A DNA stretch of 64,000 bases. It comes from Planctomycetota bacterium. Lineage in GTDB: Bacteria > Planctomycetota > SZUA-567 > H5-PLA8. Below the pieces are notes generated by a model, which was not told where the DNA came from, searched no databases, and saw only the letters and a list, made by a program, of their open reading frames with translations. Below, in pieces: positions 1 to 10,524 of this stretch. Numbering within the stretch: position 1 is the stretch's first letter; the number at the start of each line of letters is the position of its first letter. A program made the position numbers and the translations under genes. The DNA is taken from the NCBI GenBank assembly GCA_038227875.1, contig JBBRPR010000024.1, positions 32,001 to 96,000 of the forward strand, in the 5' to 3' direction.

Positions 1-8
1 ATTTACCT

Positions 9-1256
9 ATGTCGAACTTGCTTCTCTTCGATGACGTGCAGTGGGTTACCGAGGAGGCGCTTTCGCAGTTGGGGACACCCGTAGAACAAGCGGGGGATGT
101 GGTCACCTTCCGAGCGCAAATGGACGAGTCGACGACAAAATTCATGAAGGAACAATTGGAAAAGGTAAGCGTCTTAAATTCCAAGTTTGGAACCTCAAAG
201 AACCGTTCGGAAGAAGTTGATGGATTGAGAAAGATCATGAACAATGGAGTTATTAAGAAGGCAAACATAAAGACGGGAGCAATTATTGAATACGGTACAT
301 ACAAGAGAATGGCAACGTTTCGTAATTTCAAATTTCTGACCGAACGCAATGACGAATTGTTTAAAGTGGATGGACAGAATTGGGAGGATCATACGTCCGC
401 TCTGACGGCCGAAGATCTCTCCAATAGTATTTTAGTTAGCCGTTACAATCAGGTGCATGCGAGCGTTGATAAAGGCAGTCTTGCCGAACTTGATATTTGG
501 AATTTGAAGACGTCCGAAGTGCGACGCATTCCCGCAAGTGCGATGACATGCCCATGGGGTACATTCCAGCGAGACCGAAGCAAGATTATTGCACTCGGAA
601 TTTCGTTGGAAATGGGGGGAATGTGTGTACGCGAAGTCGATCTTCAGAACGGTTCCAATCGATTTCTCGGCGATTTTTCTCGAGGTTCAATGGTTTTTAG
701 CCCAGTGGTGTCCCACGATGGGAAGACTCTTGCGCTCGTTCAAATGCTACAGGGTCCCTTGTTGATGGACACGCAGGCCATCCTCATTGACATCAAGTCC
801 AACGTCGCCACGAAGCTTGGCGAACCACAGGGACTTTTTGGACTCTCGTGGTTGCCTGATGATAAAGGTCTGATCGTTGGCAGACGAATTACTCGCGGAA
901 AGACCGAGCCGTCGATTGAAACACTTTGCAAAATGGACCTGGATGGCAAGTTGACCGAAATTCGCGACGGCAAGAACCCGCTGGTGCTGAGCGATGGAAA
1001 CTCCATCCTGTTTGAAGACAAAAGCCGAGCGTGGCACATCTGTGATATGGACGGGAAAATTCTGAAAGATATCACCTCTGGAAAATTGCACTACGAGTTT
1101 CAATCGCTGAATCCAAAGGGCGACAAAGTGCTCGGCGTTCGGCGTGGAAAATCGGACGAACTCAGCGAGCCCGTCCAGCTCGATCCCAAGACCGGAGCGA
1201 TTCAACCCCTCACGCCTTTGCCAGCGGGCCTGATCACCCGCGTCATCGGCCAGTAA
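9..1256 (+). CDS. TolB-like/PD40 beta-propeller protein (may extend beyond the window 5' edge)
   Basis: Repeated propeller-type motifs (SPVVSHDGKTLA, LSWLPDDKGLI, LSDGNSILF, LNPKGDKV). Visibly more AT-rich than its neighbours. The frame is open to the window start. Confidence 0.6.
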   Translation: MSNLLLFDDVQWVTEEALSQLGTPVEQAGDVVTFRAQMDESTTKFMKEQLEKVSVLNSKFGTSKNRSEEVDGLRKIMNNGVIKKANIKTGAIIEYGTYKRMATFRNFKFLTERNDELFKVDGQNWEDHTSALTAEDLSNSILVSRYNQVHASVDKGSLAELDIWNLKTSEVRRIPASAMTCPWGTFQRDRSKIIALGISLEMGGMCVREVDLQNGSNRFLGDFSRGSMVFSPVVSHDGKTLALVQMLQGPLLMDTQAILIDIKSNVATKLGEPQGLFGLSWLPDDKGLIVGRRITRGKTEPSIETLCKMDLDGKLTEIRDGKNPLVLSDGNSILFEDKSRAWHICDMDGKILKDITSGKLHYEFQSLNPKGDKVLGVRRGKSDELSEPVQLDPKTGAIQPLTPLPAGLITRVIGQ

Positions 1257-1316
1257 TCCACGCTCCAACCGCTGCGCAATGTGCCGCGCGCAATTCATTT
1301 TACCTGAACAGAATCA

Positions 1317-1344
1317 TTGACTTATAATTTCCCAGAGGTAAGGT
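1317..1344 (+). promoter_or_regulatory. putative sigma70 promoter for rnc
   Basis: TTGACT-N16-TAAGGT about 60 nt upstream of the rnc ATG. Confidence 0.35.
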
Positions 1345-1404
1345 GACTCGGTCACATCGCGGATAGAAACCACGGTTGTTTTACACGGAGCACAGCTATC
1401 GCGC

Positions 1405-2166
1405 ATGCCACCTGAAATCGGATCGGCCTTCCAGACTTCGAACGCAACTTTCCTGAAACTTCAAGACCGCATCGGGTACCTGTTCCAAGATCCGTCCCTG
1501 CTCGAACGCGCGCTGACCCATCCCTCCAGCACGTCGGAAGACAACCGCGACAACGAACGCATGGAGTTCCTCGGCGATTCGGTCGTCAATCTCTGCGTCG
1601 CCCAGGCGCTCTACGAACGCCACCCCGACTGGACGGAAGGCGATCTGACCAAGGTCAAGTCGACGGTCGTCAGCACCACCGGACTGGCCCGGGCAGCCGA
1701 ATCCCTGGGCCTGCGCGATGTCGGGCGCTTCGGCAAAGGTCTGCCGCAGCACGAACCACTGCCGCCCAGCGTCCTGGCCAATCTTTTCGAAGCGGTGACG
1801 GCGGCCGTGTATCTCGACAACGGACTCGACGCGGCGCGCTCGTTTGTGCTCCGCGTGCTTGGGCCGGAGATGCGCGCGGTTGCGGACATCGGAGGCGAAC
1901 CGAATCCCAAATCGATGCTGCAGCACGTGGCTCAGAAAAATTGCGGCATCACGCCCCACTACCGCGTGATCGGCGCGAAGGGCCCCGACCACGACAAGAT
2001 GTTTGAAGTCTCCGCGCAGATCGGCCACCGCACGTTCCCGGCGGGAACGGGGCGGAGCAAGAAGGAAGCCGAGCAGGCCGCCGCGCGCCTGGCGCTCGAA
2101 GCGCTGGAAGCCGAAAGCGCGCTGAGCGCCACGACCCCGGCGCGGATCACGAACGAAGAAGAGTAA
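1405..2166 (+). CDS. rnc: ribonuclease III
   Basis: Signature NERMEFLGDSV, ANLFEA, and a C-terminal dsRBD (PKSMLQ...GPDH...G.G.SKKEAEQAAA). Confidence 0.97.
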   Translation: MPPEIGSAFQTSNATFLKLQDRIGYLFQDPSLLERALTHPSSTSEDNRDNERMEFLGDSVVNLCVAQALYERHPDWTEGDLTKVKSTVVSTTGLARAAESLGLRDVGRFGKGLPQHEPLPPSVLANLFEAVTAAVYLDNGLDAARSFVLRVLGPEMRAVADIGGEPNPKSMLQHVAQKNCGITPHYRVIGAKGPDHDKMFEVSAQIGHRTFPAGTGRSKKEAEQAAARLALEALEAESALSATTPARITNEEE

Positions 2167-2170
2167 CGTT

Positions 2171-2244
2171 TGCAGGCGGGACGCCTGCACCACAATTTAA
2201 AAGCAGCGCCGCCGCATGATTGTGGTGCAGGCGTCCCGCCTGCA
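2171..2244. repeat. REP doublet family A (TGCAGGCGGGACGCCTGCACCACAAT inverted pair)
   Basis: Perfect 26-bp inverted arms at 2171-2196 and 2219-2244, each arm itself palindromic. A second copy lies at 62331-62406. Confidence 0.9.
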
Positions 2245-2262
2245 TGAATCCGGTTGCCAATC

Positions 2263-3033
2263 ATGCCCACTGAAAAAACCATCCTCGTCACCGGCGCCGG
2301 CAGCGGATTGGGCCGCGCGCTCTGTCTGCATTTCGCCGCCGCGGGAATGACGGCCGTCTGCGCCGATCTGAACGGCTCCGCCGCAACGGAGACCGCGCAA
2401 CTCATCACCGCCGCCAAGGGCAAAGCCCGCGCGGTGGAACTGGATGTCACTCGCGAGCCGGACGTCGCGAAAGCGATCCAGGCCCTGCCCGGCGGGCGCG
2501 TCGATGTGCTGATCAATAACGCCGGCATCCAGCACGTCGCGGCGCTCGAAGAATTCCCGCCGGAAAAATGGAGCCTGATGATCGACATCATGCTCAAAGG
2601 CGCCTGCTGGGCCACGCGCGCCGTGCTGCCGGGGATGCGCGAACGGAATTTCGGGCGCATCATCAACATCGGCTCGATCCACAGCCTGATCGCGTCGCCG
2701 TACAAATCCGCGTACACGGCCGCCAAGCACGGGCTGCTCGGTTTTTCGAAAGTGATCGCGCTGGAAACGGGCGACAACGACATCACCATCAACACGATCT
2801 GTCCCAGTTACATTCACACGCCGCTGGTCGACAAGCAGATCAAAGCTCAGGCGGAGAAGCACGGCATCAGCGAAGCGGACGTGATCGACACGATCATGCT
2901 CAAACCGATGCCCAAGCGCGCCTTCATCAGCATGGAAGAGATCACTGGCACCGTCGAATTTCTGATCAGCCCAGCCGCGCGGAACATCACCGGACAGACG
3001 ATCACGCTCGACGGCGGATGGACGGCGCAGTAA
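2263..3033 (+). CDS. bdhA: 3-hydroxybutyrate dehydrogenase (SDR family)
   Basis: TGAGSGLG, NNAGIQHVA, SIHSLIASPYKSAYTAAKHG, DGGWTAQ. Confidence 0.88.
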   Translation: MPTEKTILVTGAGSGLGRALCLHFAAAGMTAVCADLNGSAATETAQLITAAKGKARAVELDVTREPDVAKAIQALPGGRVDVLINNAGIQHVAALEEFPPEKWSLMIDIMLKGACWATRAVLPGMRERNFGRIINIGSIHSLIASPYKSAYTAAKHGLLGFSKVIALETGDNDITINTICPSYIHTPLVDKQIKAQAEKHGISEADVIDTIMLKPMPKRAFISMEEITGTVEFLISPAARNITGQTITLDGGWTAQ

Positions 3034-3057
3034 CGGCTAATTATGAACGATAAATGA

Positions 3058-3097
3058 AACACAGATGCGCGATTCGTTTGAATCGCGCATCTGTGTT
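3058..3097. terminator. bidirectional hairpin between convergent genes
   Basis: AACACAGATGCGCGATTC-GTTT-GAATCGCGCATCTGTGTT, a perfect 18-bp stem. Confidence 0.7.
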
Positions 3098-3154
3098 CTT
3101 GTTCACTACGCTCCACCGAATAATATTTTCGGATCCATCATTCATAGTTCATAG

Positions 3155-3697
3155 TTAGCGAGCCGAATCCGCATCGTGGTACGTCGCCAGCTGTTCCTGG
3201 CTGAGGATGGAATTCAGGCGGCGTTCAAATTCGACGCTGCCGGTGAAGTTCTTCATCGCTTCGTTGGCGCGGGCCACGTTCTGCTTTTCGTCGTCGCAGT
3301 TGCCGTAGCAGCGTGCGAGGCGGGTTTCGGCCTTGGTCACGGCGTGACGCAGATCCTGCAGATCTTCACGGACCTGTGCTTTGACGTCCTCAATGCGGTC
3401 GATCTGCTTCTGGCTCAGGTTCAAGCGCGGAGCCACGCCGTCGAAGCGCGCCGTGTTGAACGTCGGGTCATCGTTCTTCGCTGCCGGACGGGCCGTGTCG
3501 GAATTCCGCGGCGCATATCCAACCGAGGCCGAGACCACGTGCCGGTCTTCGGAGCTGCTCACGACCGGCGTCTCGCGGACTGCCGTCGAAGCACTGGATG
3601 AACTATTATGCCAGCCGCCGCCACCGCAGGCTGCCTGAGCGCTGCCGATGACTGCCGAAATCAAGAATAGGAATACTGAAGCACTGAGAAATTTCAT
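3155..3697 (-). CDS. secreted hypothetical protein with a helical, possibly Spy/CpxP-like C-terminus
   Basis: GAGGAG RBS before MKFLSASVFLFLISAVIGSAQA (signal peptide). LNLSQKQ..I and LSQEQLATY resemble LTxxQ motifs. Confidence 0.6.
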   Translation of the reverse strand: MKFLSASVFLFLISAVIGSAQAACGGGGWHNSSSSASTAVRETPVVSSSEDRHVVSASVGYAPRNSDTARPAAKNDDPTFNTARFDGVAPRLNLSQKQIDRIEDVKAQVREDLQDLRHAVTKAETRLARCYGNCDDEKQNVARANEAMKNFTGSVEFERRLNSILSQEQLATYHDADSAR

Positions 3698-3939
3698 GAC
3701 CTGTATCTCCTCGCAACGCCGGGTAAGTGAATGTCGCCAAACTTCTGTGAGGTCAGTGGCAATTGCGGGACCAATACACGTCAATAGGCGTGTTCGCATG
3801 AAGTTCGAGATATTCGGCATATTTTTGGCCGATGATATTCGCTGAATCGTCCGATATCCGGCGAGCAGGCGCGGGCGGTGCCAGAGGCAGTAGGCATTTG
3901 GCCGTGGTAGTTAGGCAGGATTGCGAATGTGCGTCATTG

Positions 3940-4098
3940 GTGCCACGGATGCGCGGTCGCTTGAGCGTAGCGAAAGCGGCTGTTCATCCGTGTGGAGACG
4001 CGCTCTACCGGATGCGCAAAAATCCACGAGTTGGTGAGCCCAACGCACGGATGAACGAATTTCTTCGCTACGCTCAGAAATCCGCGCATCCATGGCAC
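3940..4098. repeat. long imperfect inverted repeat (REPIN/MITE-like, GTGCCACGG family)
   Basis: GTGCCACGGATGCGCGG..TGAGCGTAGCGAA..TTCATCCGTG pairs with CACGGATGAA..TTCGCTACGCTCA..CCGCGCATCCATGGCAC. A related start is seen near 25585. Confidence 0.8.
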
Positions 4099-4156
4099 AG
4101 GCGCACCAGCCTTCTCTCGCCCAAAGCAATTAACGCACACGACCACTCCGAGCGCC

Positions 4157-4218
4157 CGCTCTACTCTGACCCCTGACCCCTGACCCCTGACCCCTGACCC
4201 CTCGCGCGTCAGCGCGCT
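4157..4218. repeat. (CCCCTGA)n heptamer array, solo arm of the element at 11787-12040
   Basis: CGCTCTACTCTGACCCCTGA...CCCCTCGCGCGTCAGCGCGCT matches 11975-12042. Confidence 0.85.
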
Positions 4219-4223
4219 AGCGC

Positions 4224-5000
4224 TTAGCGCGCGACGCACTTGCGGCACGGATTCTTCCCGGCTTCCTCGGCCTCGTCCATCGACGCGTACTCATGACGGT
4301 TCTCGGCGCGGATGCGTTTGGCCAGCGGGCAGGTCGCCAGGTGGTAGAGCGAACTGGAGCCGGACGCGCAGTACGGTTTTCCGTTCTTGGTGTCGGCGCG
4401 CACTTTGTCTTCCAGCGACCACAGCCCGGCCTTCTCCTTGCGCGCGGTTTCTTCGAGGTTCTTGAGTTCGCGGTAGTCGTCGGGAGCCAGACCCAGCCCG
4501 AACGAACGCGCGAGACCTTCCTTGATCAGCAGACTGCCGACATCGATCACCGCCGCGCCGGCCTCCGCCCCCGTCACCGTGGCCGGTTGCAACGTCACGC
4601 GCGCGAGAATGCGGCCGTGAATGTCGAACGGGTCTTTGGCCAGCGTCAGTTTCACCTGCTTGCCTTCGACCAGCTCCGCGTTGCGCTGCGTGGCTTCCTG
4701 AGCCATCGGCGCCGCGTCCTTGACGTAATGTCCCATCTCGGGCGCGCGGATGCCGTGGTAACAGACGCGCACGCCGTTTTCGAGAATCACCGAATCGCCA
4801 TCGAGTACTTTCCGCACGCGGTAGAGTCCGCCGTCGGCGATCTGCATGTCGAGCGTCGCGGAGGGATTTTTGGAGATTGGAACCGGGGCAGGGTGGGTGG
4901 GCGCCGTGGACGGCGCGGCCGAAACGTGTTGGTACGCCCCCGCGGCGTAGCCACCGGCAGCTCCGATCAGCACCAGAAACGCGTACAGCAGCACACGCAT
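4224..5000 (-). CDS. thermonuclease (SNase) with C-terminal Ada-like metal-binding domain
   Basis: N-terminal TM/signal; VLDGDSV, GIRAPE, DIHGRILA, EETARKEKAGLW; YH...C ... EAEEAGKNPCRKC. Confidence 0.88.
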   Translation of the reverse strand: MRVLLYAFLVLIGAAGGYAAGAYQHVSAAPSTAPTHPAPVPISKNPSATLDMQIADGGLYRVRKVLDGDSVILENGVRVCYHGIRAPEMGHYVKDAAPMAQEATQRNAELVEGKQVKLTLAKDPFDIHGRILARVTLQPATVTGAEAGAAVIDVGSLLIKEGLARSFGLGLAPDDYRELKNLEETARKEKAGLWSLEDKVRADTKNGKPYCASGSSSLYHLATCPLAKRIRAENRHEYASMDEAEEAGKNPCRKCVAR

Positions 5001-5021
5001 TTTCGGCCCTCCGATATTGGT

Positions 5022-5585
5022 TTAGAGATCAGCTTTGAACAGCGCGCGCAGCTTGTCCCAGAGGTCGTCGAGCGAAACGGGAACCGTGCTGGTCGCGCCG
5101 ACGATATGCATGAAGTTGGTGTCGCCGTGCCAGCGCGGCAGCGCGTGCATATGGAGGTGGTGTTCGACGCCCGCGCCCGCGGAGCGGCCGAGATTCATGC
5201 CGACATTGTAGCCTTCCGCATGAACAATCGCATCGATCACGCCGACGGAGCGCCGCGTAAATTCCCAGAGGTATTGGCTCTCTTCAGTCGTGAGCTTGGG
5301 CAAGTCCGCCGTGTGCCGCCGGGGTGCGACGAGCAGGTGGCCGCCGGTGTACGGATAGCGATTCATGATCACCAACCCATGCTCGCCGCGGTGGAGCAGC
5401 AGCATCGCCTTCCACGCCGCTTCATCGCCGTCCGGAAGCGCACTCGCATCGCAAAAGAAACACCCAGGCTTTTTCGGACTGAAAATATAACTGCTCCGCC
5501 ACGGAGAAATAAACGACATGCGTCCGGGAGGTTTGGGCGCCCCCGGAGCTTTCCGCGGCTTTTTAGGCGTGCGCTTGCTCATCAA
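5022..5585 (-). CDS. HIT family hydrolase (Ap4A phosphorylase-like)
   Basis: PWR..YI, CFFC, MNRYPYTGGHLLVAP, NLGRSAGAGV..HLHMH, PRWHGDTNFM. Confidence 0.92.
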   Translation of the reverse strand: MMSKRTPKKPRKAPGAPKPPGRMSFISPWRSSYIFSPKKPGCFFCDASALPDGDEAAWKAMLLLHRGEHGLVIMNRYPYTGGHLLVAPRRHTADLPKLTTEESQYLWEFTRRSVGVIDAIVHAEGYNVGMNLGRSAGAGVEHHLHMHALPRWHGDTNFMHIVGATSTVPVSLDDLWDKLRALFKADL

Positions 5586-5613
5586 TATTGTCTCGCCAAG
5601 ACCTACATCTTAT

Positions 5614-5737
5614 TCTCACGCAAAGCCGCAAAGACGCAAAGAACAGATTACGGACTGGAGTTAGGCATCGACGACAATCCGATTCCCAAGTCCCAAATCC
5701 GTTGCCGTACTTTGCGACTTAGCGGCTTTGCGTGAGA
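5614..5737. repeat. inverted pair of short CGCAAAG tandem repeats
   Basis: TCTCACGCAAAGCCGCAAAGACGCAAAG ... CTTTGCGACTTAGCGGCTTTGCGTGAGA. Confidence 0.75.
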
Positions 5738-5745
5738 ATAAAACT

Positions 5746-6963
5746 TCACCGCTTCGCGCTGAGCGCCCGGGCCAACGCGGGCGCGAGTTTCACGCCGGCG
5801 GGGGGCCAGGTCGGTTTGCCGGGGATCACGCCGACGACACGGCGGGGCAGCTTGATTTTGAAGTGCGGCTGCTGCGTCTTGGCGACGCCGCTGCGCGGCA
5901 GGTTGTCCTGCGTGTTCCAGTTCGGGCCGCCGTTGAAGACCGTGGGGCGATCGAGTTGCGGTTCGTGAACGCCGGTGGGCGCGACGATCCAGCCGAAGCC
6001 GCCCGATCCGCCAGACGCTCCGGACCCCGGCACGCGTTCGCTGGAGCCGAGCATGCTGTGCATCCAAGAGCCGGCGACGGGACGTCCGCTGAACGACGAG
6101 CCCACGAACGCCATGCTGCTGACCACGCCGAAACTCGCGGCGATGCGCGACGAGCCCAGGAAATTCGAATTGCCGCGCTTCTCGGCTTCCTGATCCTGGC
6201 CCATCAATTTGGCCAGCAGTGCGTTGAGCGCTTCTTCGTCCTCGGGGCGCATGCGCCATTCTTCGTCGATTTCGGCCGACGGTCCCAGCAGGGGCGTGAT
6301 CACGACCTGCGAGACCAGCAGCGTAATCCACTCGCCGTCGGGCGACATCAACGCCAGTTCCACCTGGTAGCGGCCGGGGCCGCCGACTTCGACGTACCAG
6401 TTGCCGATCGACGGATCGATTTCCATGTCGACAGCCACGCCTTCGTTGAGGCGGTAGCAGCGCAGCACCCAGGCGCAGGCGTCGATGAATTCCTGGCCGC
6501 GCGCGTCGCGGACTTCGTTCATGCGGTCGCCGTCGAGTTCCCAATACGTGTAGACAATGCGGGGGTCGCGGGCGAGCGCGACGAGGCGGTCAAATCCGTA
6601 GCGATCCGGCAGGGGCAGCCCGAGATCGACATGGCCGCTGGGCTGAGGCTCTGGTCCTTCATGAACAACCTGCTCATCTTTTTTGGACAGGTTCGACGAG
6701 GCGGTGGACGAGGGTGCCAGCGCGGCGGTGAGCGAAATTAACGGCGCGGCACCCGACGGCGCAGGGATGCGGCGCTTGCCATTGGTATTAATGGAGCGTT
6801 TCGATTGCGGTGCTGACCGAATTTCGGCCGCGACGTTGCGCAGCTCTTCTTCGCCAGACAAGGCCTGCTTCCGCTCGGAATTGAGCGGTTTTCGTTTGCT
6901 CACGGGTGTCCCCCTTGAACGTCCGGCTGCACTCGCGCAATTCCCGCGCCCGTGCCGCCCCAC
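5746..6963 (-). CDS. DUF4912 domain protein (start uncertain)
   Basis: LPDRYG.DRLVALARDP..VYTYWEL...WYV...Y.VEL...S..V.TP, followed by a Ser/Gly-rich tail. Confidence 0.75.
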   Translation of the reverse strand: MGRHGRGNCASAAGRSRGTPVSKRKPLNSERKQALSGEEELRNVAAEIRSAPQSKRSINTNGKRRIPAPSGAAPLISLTAALAPSSTASSNLSKKDEQVVHEGPEPQPSGHVDLGLPLPDRYGFDRLVALARDPRIVYTYWELDGDRMNEVRDARGQEFIDACAWVLRCYRLNEGVAVDMEIDPSIGNWYVEVGGPGRYQVELALMSPDGEWITLLVSQVVITPLLGPSAEIDEEWRMRPEDEEALNALLAKLMGQDQEAEKRGNSNFLGSSRIAASFGVVSSMAFVGSSFSGRPVAGSWMHSMLGSSERVPGSGASGGSGGFGWIVAPTGVHEPQLDRPTVFNGGPNWNTQDNLPRSGVAKTQQPHFKIKLPRRVVGVIPGKPTWPPAGVKLAPALARALSAKR

Positions 6964-7040
6964 ACTCTAAAGAATGCCGTAAGTGGGCGGCACTGTCGAG
7001 ACGCAATCCATAGATTAATGAGAGCTTTACAGAGTGTGCA

Positions 7041-8318
7041 TTATTTCGACGGCAGTTCCGAAATCTCGCGCGCGTGCGCTTTGAAATACTCCGTGTCGGC
7101 GTACTGCAGCGAAAGCTGATTGAGCTTTTCGTTCAGCGTCGCGCGATCCTTCTTCGCGTGCGCGGCTTCCGCGGCTTCGAAGAGTTCCTTCGCGAGGTCC
7201 TCGCGCGTCGGCGGACCTTTCACCGGTTCAACCGGCGCGATCGACGGGGTAAGGGGGGTGGGGGAGGGCGAAGTGGTGATGGATGCCGACGTGCCCGTGG
7301 ATGTCGTCACATCGCTCCGCGTTGACGTTTCTGGCGTGTTCTGCTGCTGCTGTTGCTGCTGCCGCCGTCGGCTCGCGTTGCCCAGGAAGATCAGCATCGC
7401 AATCGCGGCGACCGCGCCGAGGATCATGAACTTCACCTGCAGTCGCGCCGGCGCGGGGTTGGCAAGCGCCGCCGCCGCTTTCGCGCGATCGGTCTTGCAG
7501 TGTTCGATGGCGCGCAGCGCGTCCGCGGCGTTGGCGAAGCGCGCCTTGGGCTCCCGCGCCATCAGCTTCTCGACCAGCGCCACGAACGCCGGCGATAGCG
7601 CGGGGTTGGCCTGGCGCAAGGGGATTGGTTTTTCGGTGAGGACCTTCGCGATCACCGCGCCGGGGCCTGGACCGTCGAACGGCGCTTTGCCCGTGCTCAT
7701 CAGGTACAGCGACGCGCCGAGACTGTATAAATCGCTGCGTGCGTCGACGCCGACGCCTTTGCATTGTTCCGGCGACATATACTGCGGCGTGCCGAGCGTG
7801 GAGCCTTCCTGCGTCAGCTCCGTGACGTCTTCGTTGCCGACGAACCGCGCGAGGCCCAGGTCCGCGAGGCGCACGTGGCCGCGGCGGTCGATCAGGAAGT
7901 TGTCGGGCTTCACATCGCGGTGGAGCACCCCGCGGTCGTGTGCGAAGCGCAGCGCTTCGGCCATCTGCGCGGCGATGGTCAGCGCTTCGTCTTCGCTCAG
8001 CGCGCCCTGGTCGCGGATCTTCTGGCGGACCGATGAGCCGTCGACCAGCTCCATCGCGATGTAATGAAAACCTTCGGCGAAACCGGCATCGTAAACGGAG
8101 ACGACGTTGGGGTGCGCGAGCTTGCCGGCGGCCTTCGCTTCACGCATGAAGCGTGCGATGACGCGCTCGTCGTCGGCGACGCGCGAGGAGAGAAACTTGA
8201 GCGCCACGGGGCGGTCGACGGACAGCTGCCGCGCCTTGAAGACCACGCCCATGCCGCCGCGGCCGATCTCTTCCTGGATCAAGTAACCGTTGATGATCCG
8301 TCCGCTCAGCGTCTTCAT
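7041..8318 (-). CDS. membrane-anchored Hanks-type Ser/Thr protein kinase
   Basis: GRGGMG, VALK, HRDVKPDN, DLGLA, GTPQYMSPEQ; a TM helix then a Q7/Thr-Pro linker. Confidence 0.95.
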   Translation of the reverse strand: MKTLSGRIINGYLIQEEIGRGGMGVVFKARQLSVDRPVALKFLSSRVADDERVIARFMREAKAAGKLAHPNVVSVYDAGFAEGFHYIAMELVDGSSVRQKIRDQGALSEDEALTIAAQMAEALRFAHDRGVLHRDVKPDNFLIDRRGHVRLADLGLARFVGNEDVTELTQEGSTLGTPQYMSPEQCKGVGVDARSDLYSLGASLYLMSTGKAPFDGPGPGAVIAKVLTEKPIPLRQANPALSPAFVALVEKLMAREPKARFANAADALRAIEHCKTDRAKAAAALANPAPARLQVKFMILGAVAAIAMLIFLGNASRRRQQQQQQQNTPETSTRSDVTTSTGTSASITTSPSPTPLTPSIAPVEPVKGPPTREDLAKELFEAAEAAHAKKDRATLNEKLNQLSLQYADTEYFKAHAREISELPSK

Positions 8319-8506
8319 GGTTTTCCATCGCCATTGTACCGCAGGCGTCCAACCTGCGGCACACCAGTATACCTTTGACGGTGGTCCGGGGTTGTATACC
8401 TTCTGTAACGCAGCCGTGTCACTGGACGTGCTGAAATTGCCTCGGGTTTGCCCGGCGCGAAACGGTTGATTTACGAAATGTAGTCTTTCTGCGGAGTTGA
8501 TGCAAC

Positions 8507-9718
<1,212 letters not shown>

Positions 9719-10016
9719 GGCGGCTCTTGGCTCCTAGCTCTTGGCTCTTGGGAGTGGAACAAGGCGGAGAAGAAGACAAGGCTGAAGAGCCTGTGGGTCA
9801 AGGAGCAGCGGCTGTTTGCTGCTCCTTGCTGTTGCGTTCCCGACTTTTGCGCAAGCGCTGAGTGTGCAACCCGGTTGACGTGTGATTTCAGGATTGGCCG
9901 CGCCGAGGCAAGGAGCAAGCAAACGGCCGCTTGCTCCTTGACACACCCAGCCATCAACTCGGCGCGCGCTTAACCCGACAGGCCCAAGAGCCAAAGGCTA
10001 ACAGCCAAGAGCCGCC
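9719..10016. mobile_element. composite non-autonomous element (empty form): CTCTTGG-heptamer ends enclosing an inverted AAGGAGCAAGC REP pair
   Basis: 14-bp terminal IR GGCGGCTCTTGGCT/AGCCAAGAGCCGCC. Internal REP-B copies at about 9794-9830 and 9908-9946. Confidence 0.7.
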
Positions 10017-10033
10017 CTTCTGGAGCATCATTC

Positions 10034-10375
10034 ATGGCATGGACCGTTGGACTTCTCCTGCTCAGCAACATCTTCATGACGGCTGCGTGGTACGGGCATC
10101 TCAAATGGTTTCCGAAAACGGCGCTGTGGGCGACGATCCTGATCAGCTGGGGCATCGCGTTTTTCGAATACTGCCTGCAGGTTCCCGCCAATCGCTTCGG
10201 TAACGAAGCCAACGTGAGCAAGTATCAGCTGAAGATCGTGCAGGAAGTCATCTCGATCGCAGTCTTCATGGTTTTTGCGCTGTTCGTCTTTGGCGAGACG
10301 CCGAAGTGGAACCACTGGGTCGCGTTCGCGCTGATTATGGGCGCGGTCTATTTCGGCGTGATGCCGACGACGTGA
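10034..10375 (+). CDS. small DMT-superfamily membrane protein (DUF486 type)
   Basis: SNIFMT.AWYGHLK, ISWGIAFFEYCLQVPANR.G, QLKIVQEVI. Confidence 0.9.
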   Translation: MAWTVGLLLLSNIFMTAAWYGHLKWFPKTALWATILISWGIAFFEYCLQVPANRFGNEANVSKYQLKIVQEVISIAVFMVFALFVFGETPKWNHWVAFALIMGAVYFGVMPTT

Positions 10376-10395
10376 GGTGTGACAAAAAGATGCCT

Positions 10396-10496
10396 TGTGC
10401 CAATTGGCACACGCAATATTCGACCAAGTCTATCGACGTAACCTTGTATTAAATTTAATACCTGGTCAAAAGCCAACATAAGGAAAATTTTCCTTA
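10396..10496. repeat. three perfect AATT-centred palindromes
   Basis: TGTGCCAATTGGCACA (10396-10411), GTATTAAATTTAATAC (10446-10461), TAAGGAAAATTTTCCTTA (10479-10496). Confidence 0.9.
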
Positions 10497-10524
10497 ACTG
10501 CGTACGGAGTGCGGTACTAAGATC

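Noticed and set aside
7341..7361. CAG/CAA poly-Gln tract in the kinase as a phase-variation site
   Set aside because: It is a short, interrupted, in-frame trinucleotide run in a linker; length changes would not switch expression.
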